DNA of 64,000 nucleotides from Anaerolineales bacterium UBA2200 (GTDB lineage: Bacteria; Chloroflexota; Anaerolineae; UBA2200). Below the pieces are notes generated by a model. It did no database searches. It saw only the letters and a list, made by a program, of their open reading frames with translations, and had not been told where the DNA came from. The position numbers and the translations under genes are program-made. Below are positions 45,787 to 55,156 of this stretch, piece after piece (position 1 is the stretch's first letter; the number at the start of each line of letters is the position of its first letter). The stretch is taken from the NCBI GenBank assembly GCA_002327925.1, contig DCVA01000043.1, forward strand, positions 5,948-69,947, read 5' to 3'.

Positions 45787-46875
45787 ATGAAAGAACGTGA
45801 ACTCGAACGGCATGCACCGAGCTTTGCACGAATCCTGGTTGTGGGCGTCGGTGGAGGCGGCGGGAACGCAGTCAATCGCATGATCGACGCGGGATTGAGA
45901 GGCGTCGAGTTTGTGGCCATCAATACGGATGGCCAGTCGCTCCTGCTTTCAAAGGCGCCAACACGTCTGCGGATCGGCGACAAGCTGACCAAGGGTCTCG
46001 GCTCTGGTGGCAATCCGGCCGTCGGCGCCAAGGCGGCCGAAGAGTCGCACGAGGAACTGCGACAGGTCCTCGACGGCGCCGACATGGTCTTTGTCACAGC
46101 TGGAATGGGCGGGGGCACTGGCACGGGGGCCAGCCCGGTTATTGCCGGACTCGCGAAGGAAGCCGGTGCATTGACCGTGGGCGTGGTGACTCGGCCGTTT
46201 AGCTTCGAGGGCATGCGCAGAGCCAAGGCTGCCGATGACGGGATCGTACAACTCAAAGAGAAAGCCCACACCGTTATCGTCGTGCCGAATGATCGGCTGC
46301 TGCAGATCGTAGACAAGAAGGCGTCCATCGAGCAGGCATTCCGGGCTGCTGACGATGTGCTGCGCCAGGGCGTTCAGGGGGTCTCCGAGGTCATCACCGA
46401 GCCGGGTCTTATCAATGTGGACTTTGCCGATGTGCGCAACGTGATGTCCGAGGGCGGCTCGGCGCTGATGGGCATCGGCAGGGCCAGTGGTGAGAATCGG
46501 GCTGGTGAGGCCGCCAAACAGGCGATTTCGAGCCCGTTGCTGGATGTGACAATTGATGGGGCCAGAGGAGTGCTCTTCAACATCTGTGGCGGGCAGAGCC
46601 TCACCCTCCACGAAGCCAACGAAGCGGCTGAGATTATCCGCGAGCGGGCAGATGCCGACGCCAACATCCGTTTCGGCGCAGTCCTCAATGAGGAGATGGG
46701 CGACGAGGTCCAGATCACGGTCATTGCTACCGGCTTTAACGCCGACGGGCGAATACAGAGCAGACCGTTTGTGGTCAGTCCGCGCAAGACGCTGGACTTT
46801 CCCGTTCGCTCCTTTGAGGGAGAGGATCTGGATATTCCATCGTTCCTGAGGCGTAAACAGCGTCCACCGCAATAA
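45787..46875 (+). CDS. ftsZ: Cell division protein FtsZ
   Basis: [32 protein letters not shown] and the C-terminal DLDIPSFLR. Confidence 0.98.
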   Translation: MKERELERHAPSFARILVVGVGGGGGNAVNRMIDAGLRGVEFVAINTDGQSLLLSKAPTRLRIGDKLTKGLGSGGNPAVGAKAAEESHEELRQVLDGADMVFVTAGMGGGTGTGASPVIAGLAKEAGALTVGVVTRPFSFEGMRRAKAADDGIVQLKEKAHTVIVVPNDRLLQIVDKKASIEQAFRAADDVLRQGVQGVSEVITEPGLINVDFADVRNVMSEGGSALMGIGRASGENRAGEAAKQAISSPLLDVTIDGARGVLFNICGGQSLTLHEANEAAEIIRERADADANIRFGAVLNEEMGDEVQITVIATGFNADGRIQSRPFVVSPRKTLDFPVRSFEGEDLDIPSFLRRKQRPPQ

Positions 46876-46915
46876 ACGTCGGGGCTGCGAATCTGGGTCT
46901 GTGTATGAAGACATG

Positions 46916-46949
46916 AGAGGCCAGCCTCCGGCGCAGGGGACTGGCCTCT
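46916..46949 (+). terminator. Probable terminator after ftsZ
   Basis: AGAGGCCAG/CTGGCCTCT stem with a weak downstream T-tract. Confidence 0.5.
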
Positions 46950-47003
46950 GGCCGTTTTGACGGAACGAAGCTTAAAATTAGGCCCGATTTAACAGACCTA
47001 GCC

Positions 47004-47032
47004 TTGTCACGGTCAGTGATGTATGCTATACT
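47004..47032 (+). promoter_or_regulatory. nrdR-nrdD promoter TTGTCA-17-TATACT (extended -10)
   Basis: Hexamers with TG-n before -10. Confidence 0.7.
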
Positions 47033-47039
47033 TGCTCTG

Positions 47040-47087
47040 CTACTACGGGTAGCCCCTCCTCGATCCAGGAGGTACTAGATACAGTGG
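47040..47087. promoter_or_regulatory. Tandem NrdR boxes (47040-47055 and 47072-47087)
   Basis: Cores CTA-cggg-TAG and CTA-gata-CAG resemble the CWA-N4-TWG core of the NrdR box and are 32 bp apart, just downstream of the promoter. Confidence 0.55.
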
Positions 47088-47277
47088 TCGACCAGAGTTG
47101 GTGTCGAGTGACGCCGCGCGGCTGCATCGGACCGCTCACCACTGTCGCTCACTGGGCACTAGAGCCCAACCTGTCTGGCTACCCGCAACTCCCATGGCTG
47201 CGGAATCCGCTCAAGGACGTACTGTCCCATTGCGGTGGCGCAGGCGTCGCCCTAGTTCGCCGCATGGAGGAGAGCTG

Positions 47278-47766
47278 ATGCACTGTCCCTACTGCCAGGA
47301 AGGAGACTCGCACGTAATCGATACTCGCACCGTCGGCGACAGCATCCGGCGACGTCGCGAGTGTCCACGGTGTGGGCAACGCTTCACCACCTACGAACGA
47401 TTGGCGCCGGTCAGCCTTTTCGTGGCGAAACGGGATGGCCGACGTGAGCCTTTCGATCGCGAAAAGCTGTATGCCGGGATCTACCATGCCTGCGCCAAGC
47501 GACCGATTTCCGATGACCAGATACAGACTGTTGTTGGCCATGTGGAAAATGACCTCTACGCCCTCGGCAAGGCCGAGGTGGAGAGTCAGGTGATCGGCCA
47601 GATGGTCATGCAGGAGTTGCGCGGCCTGGACGATGTCGCTTATGTGCGTTTTGCCTCTGTGTACAAGTCCTTCAAAGACATCAATGGTCTTGTTGAAGAG
47701 ATCAAAAAGTTCAAGCGCTGGAAGACGGGTGATCCGCAGGAGGAGCCTGTGGAGGCCGATCACTAG
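47278..47766 (+). CDS. nrdR: Transcriptional repressor NrdR
   Basis: MHCPYC...VIDTR, RRRRECPRCGQRFTTYE, an ATP cone and VAYVRFASVY. Confidence 0.97.
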   Translation: MHCPYCQEGDSHVIDTRTVGDSIRRRRECPRCGQRFTTYERLAPVSLFVAKRDGRREPFDREKLYAGIYHACAKRPISDDQIQTVVGHVENDLYALGKAEVESQVIGQMVMQELRGLDDVAYVRFASVYKSFKDINGLVEEIKKFKRWKTGDPQEEPVEADH

Positions 47767-47785
47767 GTTCTGGGAGAGGCTAGCT

Positions 47786-49855
47786 ATGGACGCTCTTAAC
47801 ACGGCCCAGCAGCAGAAACTGCGGACAGCGGTCGCCATCGCTTCTGTTCAGAAGCGAGATGGTCGAGTTGTGGCGTTCGACCAGAAGCGAATCGATGCAG
47901 CCATTTTGAGAGCCTTTGTAGCGGTCGGCCTGGGCGAGCCGGCCGACCGAGCTCACGCGCTTTCGGAGCGAGTGGTGGACCTGCTCGTGCAGCGTTACGG
48001 CGCGCAGGGCTGTGCCCTGGTGGAGCAGATCCAGGACGCGGTGGAAGAGGTGCTGATTCGCGCAGGCGAGGTGAAGGTCGCCAAGGCCTATATCCTCTAC
48101 CGGGCTCAACGCTCCGAGGTGCGCGACACGACCAGGCTCATGCTGGACGGGATGAAGCTGGTCGACGACTATATCGACAGGGCTGATTGGCGTGTCAGCG
48201 AGAACGCTAACATGAACTACTCGCTGCAGGGCCTGAACTTTTACGTCGCCTCGAGCATCGCGGCCAAGTACTGGCTCAACAAGATCTACCCGGCTGAGGT
48301 GTGCCTGGCACACCAAGAGGGAGATTTTCATATTCACGACCTGGGCATGCTGGCGACCTACTGCTGCGGCTGGGATCTACGTGACTTGCTGGTGCGCGGC
48401 TTTGGTGGAGTGCGGGCCAAGCTCGAGAGCAGGCCGCCTCGACACCTGCGCACGGCTCTGGGACAGCTCGTCAACTTTTTCTACACCGTTCAGGGCGAGT
48501 CTGCAGGGGCGCAGGCCATCTCCAACTTTGACACGCTCCTGGCGCCTTTCGTCCGGTACGATGGCCTAAACTACGCGGGCGTGAAGCAGGCGTTGCAGGA
48601 GTTCGTCTTTAACATCAATGTGCCAACGCGGGTAGGCTTTCAGACGCCGTTTACCAACGTTACCATGGACCTGACGCCGCCCTCTACTCTGGCCGAGGAA
48701 GGGGTCATCGCCGGCGGAAAGCTCCAGCAAGACACGTATGGCGACTTTCAGCCGGAGATGGATCTCATAAACCGGGCGTTCGCCGAGGTGTTGTTGGAGG
48801 GTGATGCTCGCGGCCGGGTGTTTACCTTCCCCATTCCCACCTACAATGTCACCAGCGACTTTGACTGGGATAACCCGGTTCTGGAGCCTCTCTGGAGAGT
48901 GACCGCCAAGTATGGCATCCCCTATTTCGCCAACTACATTAATAGCGACCTGCGCCCCGAGGATGCACGTTCCATGTGCTGCCGATTACGACTGGACAAT
49001 CGAGAGCTTCGTAAGCGAGGTGGCGGACTGTTTGGCGCCAACCCGCTCACTGGCAGCATAGGGGTAGTTACCATCAATCTGCCACGTGTGGGGTTCCGCG
49101 CCACGAGTGAGGATGACTACTATTTCCGCCTGAGCCAGACCATGGACGTGGCCAGGACGTCCCTCGAGATCAAGCGCAAGGTCCTCGAACGCCACACGGA
49201 GGAGGGGCTGTACCCTTACAGCCGCCACTATCTCCGTTCAGTCTACGAGTGCTTTGGCTCGCACTGGGCCAACCATTTCTCGACCATCGGCATTGTTGGG
49301 ATGAACGAGTGCTGCGAGAACTTTCTCGGAGTTGGCATAGCTCACCCGCAGGGCAAGGATTTTGCCGGTGCGGTCCTGCAGTTCATGCGACGCAAGCTGC
49401 AGGACTATCAGGATGAGACAGGCCATCTCTACAATCTGGAAGCGACTCCGGCGGAGAGCGCCAACTATCGCCTGGCGAAGGCGGATCGGAAGCAGTACCC
49501 GGGAATCGCGACTGCAGGGACCCCCGACACGCCATACTACACCAATTCCACGCACCTTCCAGTGGGCTGCACGGACGACCTGTTTGCTGCGCTTGAACAT
49601 CAGGATGAACTGCAGACCCTCTACACGGGAGGGACTGTATTTCACGCCTTCTTGGGTGAGCAGGTTGACGACTGGAGGCAGGCACGCCTGCTCGTTCGGC
49701 GCATATCAGAGCGCTTCCATCTGCCCTACTTTACGCTGACGCCGACGTTCAGCATCTGCCCGGTTCATGGTTACCTGAATGGTCGGCACAGCTATTGCCC
49801 CTACGATCACACGCCCGAGGAGTTGGCGCGTTTTGGCTCGGCTGCCTCGGCATAA
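47786..49855 (+). CDS. nrdD: Class III anaerobic ribonucleoside-triphosphate reductase, catalytic part lacking the glycyl-radical C-terminus
   Basis: N-terminal ATP cone (VQKRDGRVV.FD), ENAN, GESAGAQA, finger loop SMCCRL, YNLEATPAES and YTGGTVFH. It ends after the metal site CPVH...CPYDH with no RxxGY motif. Confidence 0.93.
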   Translation: MDALNTAQQQKLRTAVAIASVQKRDGRVVAFDQKRIDAAILRAFVAVGLGEPADRAHALSERVVDLLVQRYGAQGCALVEQIQDAVEEVLIRAGEVKVAKAYILYRAQRSEVRDTTRLMLDGMKLVDDYIDRADWRVSENANMNYSLQGLNFYVASSIAAKYWLNKIYPAEVCLAHQEGDFHIHDLGMLATYCCGWDLRDLLVRGFGGVRAKLESRPPRHLRTALGQLVNFFYTVQGESAGAQAISNFDTLLAPFVRYDGLNYAGVKQALQEFVFNINVPTRVGFQTPFTNVTMDLTPPSTLAEEGVIAGGKLQQDTYGDFQPEMDLINRAFAEVLLEGDARGRVFTFPIPTYNVTSDFDWDNPVLEPLWRVTAKYGIPYFANYINSDLRPEDARSMCCRLRLDNRELRKRGGGLFGANPLTGSIGVVTINLPRVGFRATSEDDYYFRLSQTMDVARTSLEIKRKVLERHTEEGLYPYSRHYLRSVYECFGSHWANHFSTIGIVGMNECCENFLGVGIAHPQGKDFAGAVLQFMRRKLQDYQDETGHLYNLEATPAESANYRLAKADRKQYPGIATAGTPDTPYYTNSTHLPVGCTDDLFAALEHQDELQTLYTGGTVFHAFLGEQVDDWRQARLLVRRISERFHLPYFTLTPTFSICPVHGYLNGRHSYCPYDHTPEELARFGSAASA

Positions 49856-49897
49856 GTGAATGCTCAGAAGCTTCTAGATTCGGAGGACGGTGCGAAC

Positions 49898-50101
49898 ATG
49901 ACAAGTGTCGACGAGAAGCAGGTGATCAGTGACGCCCAGGCGGGGCCGAGGGAAAAGAAGGTGGCGTGCGAGGTCTATTCGCGCATTGTTGGATACCTTC
50001 GCCCGGTAGCCGACTGGAACCGCGGCAAGCAGCAGGAGTTTTCGGAGCGCAAGACATACGGTGTCCCGCAGTCCGAGAGATCCGATACCTCCTCGAACTA
50101 G
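49898..50101 (+). CDS. Stand-alone NrdD C-terminal glycyl-radical domain (about 67 aa)
   Basis: CEVYSRIVGYLRPVADWNRGKQQEFSER is the NrdD glycyl-radical motif. It has its own GGAGG SD and is in frame with nrdD behind a TAA. Confidence 0.85.
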   Translation: MTSVDEKQVISDAQAGPREKKVACEVYSRIVGYLRPVADWNRGKQQEFSERKTYGVPQSERSDTSSN

Positions 50102-50169
50102 GATTGAGATTGCACTGAGAGCTAGGACACTCCGCACTCGGCTCCCGTGCGCAGAGGCGGCCGTGGTGG

Positions 50170-50994
50170 TTGATCCTAGCTTCCCCCGGTTCGTCCTGGC
50201 TGCGGATCCCTTATCCGCGCGGGGTTTCTGTGCTGTGTAAGAGCGTGTTGCGCACCTCGGTGATTGAGTTCCCCGGTCATATCGCGGATGTGGTGTTTGT
50301 CGGCGGATGCAACTTCCGCTGCCCGTACTGCTATAACCGTGATCTAGTGCTGAACCCCGGCCTGCTTCCGGACCTTCCGGCCGAGCTAGTCTTCGAGGAC
50401 GTCAAGGGACGCCGGTGCTTTGTGGATGGCATCGTGATTACAGGGGGGGAGCCCAGCCTGCAACCGGAGCTGGACGCCTTTCTGACCCGGGCGCGCGAAG
50501 CGAACTTGCTGACCAAGCTCGATACAAACGGCTACCGACCTGATGTGCTTCGGCGTTGCCTGGAAAAGCACCTGGTGAGCTACATTGCGATGGATGTCAA
50601 GACCAGCCTGCCGCGCTATCGGAGCGTTGCAGGCCTGGATGTGGATCACCGGCTTCTGCTGGAGTCCATCTCACTGATCCTGTCGTCGGGAGTCGAACAC
50701 GAGTTTCGGACCACGGTTGTGCCGGGGTTGGTCGAGCTGAGTGATGTCGAGGCCATCTCGCGGGAGATCCGCGGAGCACAGCAATACTACCTCCAGGCGT
50801 TTCGCCCATCTCCGACAGTAGGATGGGGCAACGAAGTGCCCGTTGGCTCCCCGGATCCGGAATTGATGCAGCAGATGGCGCGGGTAGCGTCACGGAACGT
50901 CCATCACGTCGGAGTTCGAGGCCTCGTACAGGGTGATGGAACGACTTCTCGGGAGGCGATCCGGATTGACAGTCAGGAGGCCCTGACCAGCTGA
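50170..50994 (+). CDS. nrdG: Anaerobic RNR activating enzyme (radical SAM); start uncertain
   Basis: GCNFRCPYCYN (CxxxCxxC), ITGGEPSL, KLDTNG and EFRTT. Confidence 0.92.
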   Translation: MILASPGSSWLRIPYPRGVSVLCKSVLRTSVIEFPGHIADVVFVGGCNFRCPYCYNRDLVLNPGLLPDLPAELVFEDVKGRRCFVDGIVITGGEPSLQPELDAFLTRAREANLLTKLDTNGYRPDVLRRCLEKHLVSYIAMDVKTSLPRYRSVAGLDVDHRLLLESISLILSSGVEHEFRTTVVPGLVELSDVEAISREIRGAQQYYLQAFRPSPTVGWGNEVPVGSPDPELMQQMARVASRNVHHVGVRGLVQGDGTTSREAIRIDSQEALTS

Positions 50995-51025
50995 CCATGG
51001 TGCAAGGCACTACAACGGAGGGAGC

Positions 51026-51952
51026 ATGAGAATGCGCATACGACGGGATGTTCAGCAAGTCATTCGCGAGGGCGGCGCCGCTGTGGCACTCGAATCGACT
51101 CTGATCACTCACGGGCTGCCATACCCAGATAATCTGCGCGTCGCCCAGCAGATGGAACAGGCGGTGCGCGACGAAGGTGCCGTTCCGGCGACTGTGGCTG
51201 TTCTGGCTGGAGTGCCCACGATTGGGATTGACAGCGTTCAGCTGGAGTACCTTGCCCAGGCCAAAAACGTGCGCAAGTGCAGCAGAAGGGACCTGCCCAT
51301 CGTGCTGGCGACCCAGTCTGATGGCGCTACGACGATCTGCGGCACGCTGATCCTGGCACACCTGGCTGGAGTCCGTGTGTTTGCCACGGGTGGTCTGGGC
51401 GGAGTTCACCGTGGCAAGGTGTTCGACGTCTCGGCAGACCTCGACGAACTGGCCCGCACGCCAATGATTGTGGTCTGTTCGGGGCCCAAGGCGCTGCTGG
51501 ACCAGGAGGCGACTCGCGAAAGGCTTGAGACGCTGGGCGTACCCATCCTCGGGTACGGCACGGACCGTGTTCCCGCCTTCTACTCGCGTGAGAGCGACCT
51601 GGCGGTGGACCTGCGGGTGGAGAGCCCGGATGAGGTCGCCGGCGTTGCCATGGCGCGCGACAAGCTTGGCCTGATGGCTGCGGTCGTGGTCGGCGTTCCA
51701 GTTCCTGTCGCCGACGAACTCCCTCGTGCACAGGCCGAAGAGGCGATTCGCCTGGCCCTGCATATGGCCGAGGAGCAGGCGATTCGCGGTGAGGCGGTCA
51801 CACCCTTCTTGCTCCCTCGCATTACCGAGCTCACCGAAGGGCGCAGTCTTGTTGCCAACCGCAGTCTGCTGATCAACAACGCGCGGGTGGCAGCGCGTGT
51901 GGCACATTCATTGGCGCTGGCGAGGCAGAGGGAGCGCAGGCCGACCATTTAG
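51026..51952 (+). CDS. psuG: Pseudouridine-5'-phosphate glycosidase family (IndA-like)
   Basis: VALESTLITHGLPYP, GATTI, FATGGLGGVHRG, DVSADLDEL, V.SGPKALLD, VTPFLL and N..L..NNA. Confidence 0.93.
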   Translation: MRMRIRRDVQQVIREGGAAVALESTLITHGLPYPDNLRVAQQMEQAVRDEGAVPATVAVLAGVPTIGIDSVQLEYLAQAKNVRKCSRRDLPIVLATQSDGATTICGTLILAHLAGVRVFATGGLGGVHRGKVFDVSADLDELARTPMIVVCSGPKALLDQEATRERLETLGVPILGYGTDRVPAFYSRESDLAVDLRVESPDEVAGVAMARDKLGLMAAVVVGVPVPVADELPRAQAEEAIRLALHMAEEQAIRGEAVTPFLLPRITELTEGRSLVANRSLLINNARVAARVAHSLALARQRERRPTI

Positions 51953-52032
51953 CGATGGGGGCGGCCGCTATCGGGACAGGGGCGGTCGTGGTTGAGGTCG
52001 TGTCCACTTCATTCGTTCTTCCCGGAGGGTCT

Positions 52033-53184
52033 ATGGCCTACACACCCACACCGATGGATGACCAGATCCTGAGCCTGCCGGATCTGATGTCGGAGTGCCT
52101 GCCGGCGTTCACGGCAGACATCAGGACCCTCATCGGTCCGGCGCTGGCAGGCGACCTGCGTCAGGTATACATCATTGGGTGCGGGGATTCGCACATGGCG
52201 GCCGTCGGCTGCGAACTGGCGTTCTGCAGTCTCGCCGGAGTGCCGTGTCGGGCCATGGCAGCACTGCACTTTGCGCGCTACACTGCACCGTTTCTGGCGG
52301 ATCCACAGGGCACTCTGGTCATTGGCGTATCCACATCCGGAGAGGTGGCGCGTACGCTGGAAGGATTGCGCCTGGCGCACCGGGCCGGAGCAAGAACCGT
52401 CGCGCTGACTGCAAACCCATCGAGTCGACTTGCTCTGTCTGCGCACTACGTGCTTTCTGCGAAGATATCCCCCTCCAAAGATCCATCCCCTGCTCCGGGG
52501 GTTCGCTCCTACATGGCTTCCTTGCTGGCTCTTGATCTGGCGGCCGTTCGGATAGGCGAGGCAAGCGGCTTTCTCAGCCGTGAGGCGGCTCTGTTGGCAC
52601 GTGACGAGTTGCGTTCTCTGTCGGAGGCACTGGCGGCGGCCGCAGAGACAGGCTTCGACCGCACGGAGCGCTGGGTGGAGTCGAGCATGGACGTTGGCGA
52701 GTTTGTTTTCCTGGGCGGGGGGCCTGCCTATGGCACGGCTCTGTATGGTGCCGCCAAGATGTTCGAGGCCAGCGGCGACTCGGCTGATGGACAGGACCTG
52801 GAGGAGTGGGCGCATCTGCAGTATTTCGCCCGGGAGGTTGCCACGCCGACCGTCATCATCGATTGCCGCGGGCGCAGCTACGGTCGCGCGTGTGAGGTAG
52901 CAGACGCGGCACGAGCAATTGGGCGGCGCGTCCTCGGAGTCCTGCCGGAGAACGAGACACACATTGCCTCAAGGGCGGAGCTGGTGTTCCCGTTGTCCGC
53001 TGCGATTCGCGAAGCTTTCGCTCCCCTGTTGTATAGTGTGCCGGTCATGTGTCTGGCCAGCGAGCGGGCCAAGGTACTCGGTGAGACCCCTTACCGTGGG
53101 TTCGCTGGAGGCCGCAGTCGAAGCGAAGGTGGCGGTGTCAGCCGCGTTCAGAGCAGCGCCCTGACGGAGGAGGCAGAAGGATGA
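52033..53184 (+). CDS. Double SIS-domain sugar-phosphate isomerase/deglycase (GlmS-C/FrlB/AgaS-like)
   Basis: IGCGDSHMAA, VSTSGEVART, GVRSYMAS and GGGPAYGTALYGAAKMFE...EEWAH. Confidence 0.85.
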   Translation: MAYTPTPMDDQILSLPDLMSECLPAFTADIRTLIGPALAGDLRQVYIIGCGDSHMAAVGCELAFCSLAGVPCRAMAALHFARYTAPFLADPQGTLVIGVSTSGEVARTLEGLRLAHRAGARTVALTANPSSRLALSAHYVLSAKISPSKDPSPAPGVRSYMASLLALDLAAVRIGEASGFLSREAALLARDELRSLSEALAAAAETGFDRTERWVESSMDVGEFVFLGGGPAYGTALYGAAKMFEASGDSADGQDLEEWAHLQYFAREVATPTVIIDCRGRSYGRACEVADAARAIGRRVLGVLPENETHIASRAELVFPLSAAIREAFAPLLYSVPVMCLASERAKVLGETPYRGFAGGRSRSEGGGVSRVQSSALTEEAEG

Positions 53185-53990
53185 CGACACTGACCGTGCG
53201 TGGCAGAGCGGTGCGCACCGTCGCTGCGCTCCACCTGCCCGCCATGCCCTCGGCGGCGCAGCCAGGCGCCCGCTCTCTCTCTGAGGTGGAAGACTATGCC
53301 CTGCGCAATGCCCGCATTGCATTCGAGAATGGCATTGAAGCGCTGTACATCCAAGACCTGGGTGACTCGCCTGTGGCGCCGAGCGCTACGCCGCACACCA
53401 TCGCCAGGATCACTGCGGTGGGCAGTGCACTACGACGGTCCTTCCCCGATGCGCCGCTGGGGGTCTGCCTGATGGCACATGGAGCCGAGGCCCCGCTCGC
53501 GGTGGCGCAGGCCATGGATGCTGACTTTGTCCGGCTCAAGGTTTACCTCGGTGCCATGGTGAAGGCGGAGGGTGTGCTGCAGGGCTGTGCCTGGGAGGCA
53601 ATCCAGTATCGAGCGGCAATTAGAGCGGAAGAGGTCCGAATCCTGGCCGACGTCTACGACCGCACAGGTATACCCCTGGCGCCCTTGCCCATCCGAGAGG
53701 CGGTGAGGCAGGCCACCACCTACGGCCACGCCGATGGAGTTGTCCTGACCGGGGCCGACTTGGGGGAGACGCTGCGAATGGTCAGTGAGGTGCGCGGTGC
53801 CGAGCAGGGAGTGCCCTTGATCGCTGGTGGCGGGGTCACGGTAGAGACTGTGGCTCGGGCTCTCGGAACCGCCGATGCAGTGATTGTCAGCACCGCTCTC
53901 AAGCGAGTGGCCTCGTGGAGCCCAGCTGGACTCGAGTCTGACTGGGACCCGCAGCAGGTGCGTGCTTTCGTGCTCGCTGCCGCCCTGTAG
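53181..53990 (+). CDS. BtpA/SgcQ family TIM-barrel protein
   Basis: ALHLPAMP, D.P, PLGV.L, DFVR...GAMV..EGVLQG, ADGVVLTG, GGGVT and IVSTALK. Confidence 0.85.
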   Translation: MTTLTVRGRAVRTVAALHLPAMPSAAQPGARSLSEVEDYALRNARIAFENGIEALYIQDLGDSPVAPSATPHTIARITAVGSALRRSFPDAPLGVCLMAHGAEAPLAVAQAMDADFVRLKVYLGAMVKAEGVLQGCAWEAIQYRAAIRAEEVRILADVYDRTGIPLAPLPIREAVRQATTYGHADGVVLTGADLGETLRMVSEVRGAEQGVPLIAGGGVTVETVARALGTADAVIVSTALKRVASWSPAGLESDWDPQQVRAFVLAAAL

Positions 53991-54036
53991 AGTCGCCTCC
54001 ATCGTTGAGAGCAGAACATCGAGGGGGTACTGGACG

Positions 54037-55032
54037 ATGACCCCTGAGTACCTGACTTCGGGCGGATTACGCATTGACTTTGTGATCACGGCGGACGGGC
54101 AAGTTCACCTCCGTGAGATGGGGGGTAACGCCATCTACTCCGCTGTGGGGGCACGCGTCTGGGCGGCGGATGTGGGCATCTTGTCGCGAATTGGGGCGAA
54201 CTATCCTCATGAGTGGCTGCAGAGGCTCGAGAACGCAGGAATCAGAACGGAGGGTATCCTTCGCGTTCCCGGCTGGCAGGACATGCGGACTTTCTACGCC
54301 TACCGCGATATGGACCGACGAGAGGACACGGACCCGGCAGGTCATTTCGCTGAACTCGGCCTGTCTCTCCCGCAGGACCTGGTCGGCTATGTAGACTCCA
54401 CTCCCGGCCAGGCCAGCGAACAGTACATCGCGGTCTCACCACGGCCGGAGGACATACCTCTCTCGTTTGGCAGCGTCAAAGCGGCGCACCTGGCTCCGCT
54501 GGAGCTGCAAGCTCACCGCTCTCTGTCTGCCGCTCTGGGCTCCTCCGGGATTCGCCTTACTCTCGATCCCGGTGAGCGCTACATGAAGCCAGAGCTGTAC
54601 GAAGATGTGCTGGCCATTCTGCGACACGTAGATGCCTTCCTGCCCAGCGAGCAGGAGGTAAGATCCCTGCTCGGACCCATCGATTTCTGGTCTGCTGCGT
54701 GCCGCTTCGCAGAGACGGGCCTCGAAGCAGTCGTGATTAAGGTTGGTAGTCGCGGAGCTATGGTGTATGACTGCCTGGATCGCAGACGATGGCTTGTCCC
54801 GGCGTTCCCAACGCACGTGGTTGACGTAACCGGCGCGGGAGATGCCTTCTGCGGAGGGTTCCTGGTGGGATTCCAGGAGACGGCGGACGCCGTGCTGGCT
54901 GCCTGCTATGGAACGGTCTCCGCTTCGTTTGTGCTTGAAGGTTTTGGAGCTCTTTACGCGACACGCTTTCGGCGCGGGGAGGCAGAGGTACGTCTCTCGC
55001 AGGTCAAGGCTCAGGTGCAGCCGATTGCGTGA
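54037..55032 (+). CDS. PfkB-family carbohydrate/nucleoside kinase (PsuK- or FrlD-like candidate)
   Basis: GGNAIYSAVGA, FLPSEQE, KVGSRGA and the PfkB signature VDVTGAGDAFCGGF. Confidence 0.9.
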   Translation: MTPEYLTSGGLRIDFVITADGQVHLREMGGNAIYSAVGARVWAADVGILSRIGANYPHEWLQRLENAGIRTEGILRVPGWQDMRTFYAYRDMDRREDTDPAGHFAELGLSLPQDLVGYVDSTPGQASEQYIAVSPRPEDIPLSFGSVKAAHLAPLELQAHRSLSAALGSSGIRLTLDPGERYMKPELYEDVLAILRHVDAFLPSEQEVRSLLGPIDFWSAACRFAETGLEAVVIKVGSRGAMVYDCLDRRRWLVPAFPTHVVDVTGAGDAFCGGFLVGFQETADAVLAACYGTVSASFVLEGFGALYATRFRRGEAEVRLSQVKAQVQPIA

Positions 55033-55156
55033 TCGGAGGAAGGCGCATTTACGGCTGCACCCGCCTTCTGCCACGGCTCCAGAGGCAAAGTAGAAGCCCG
55101 CCCTGCGACATGATGCAGCAGGCAAAGGTCACGTTGGTGCGTGAAGGAGGACCGAA

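Noticed and set aside
50597-51907. 436-aa minus-strand ORF
   Set aside because: Antisense shadow of nrdG and psuG.
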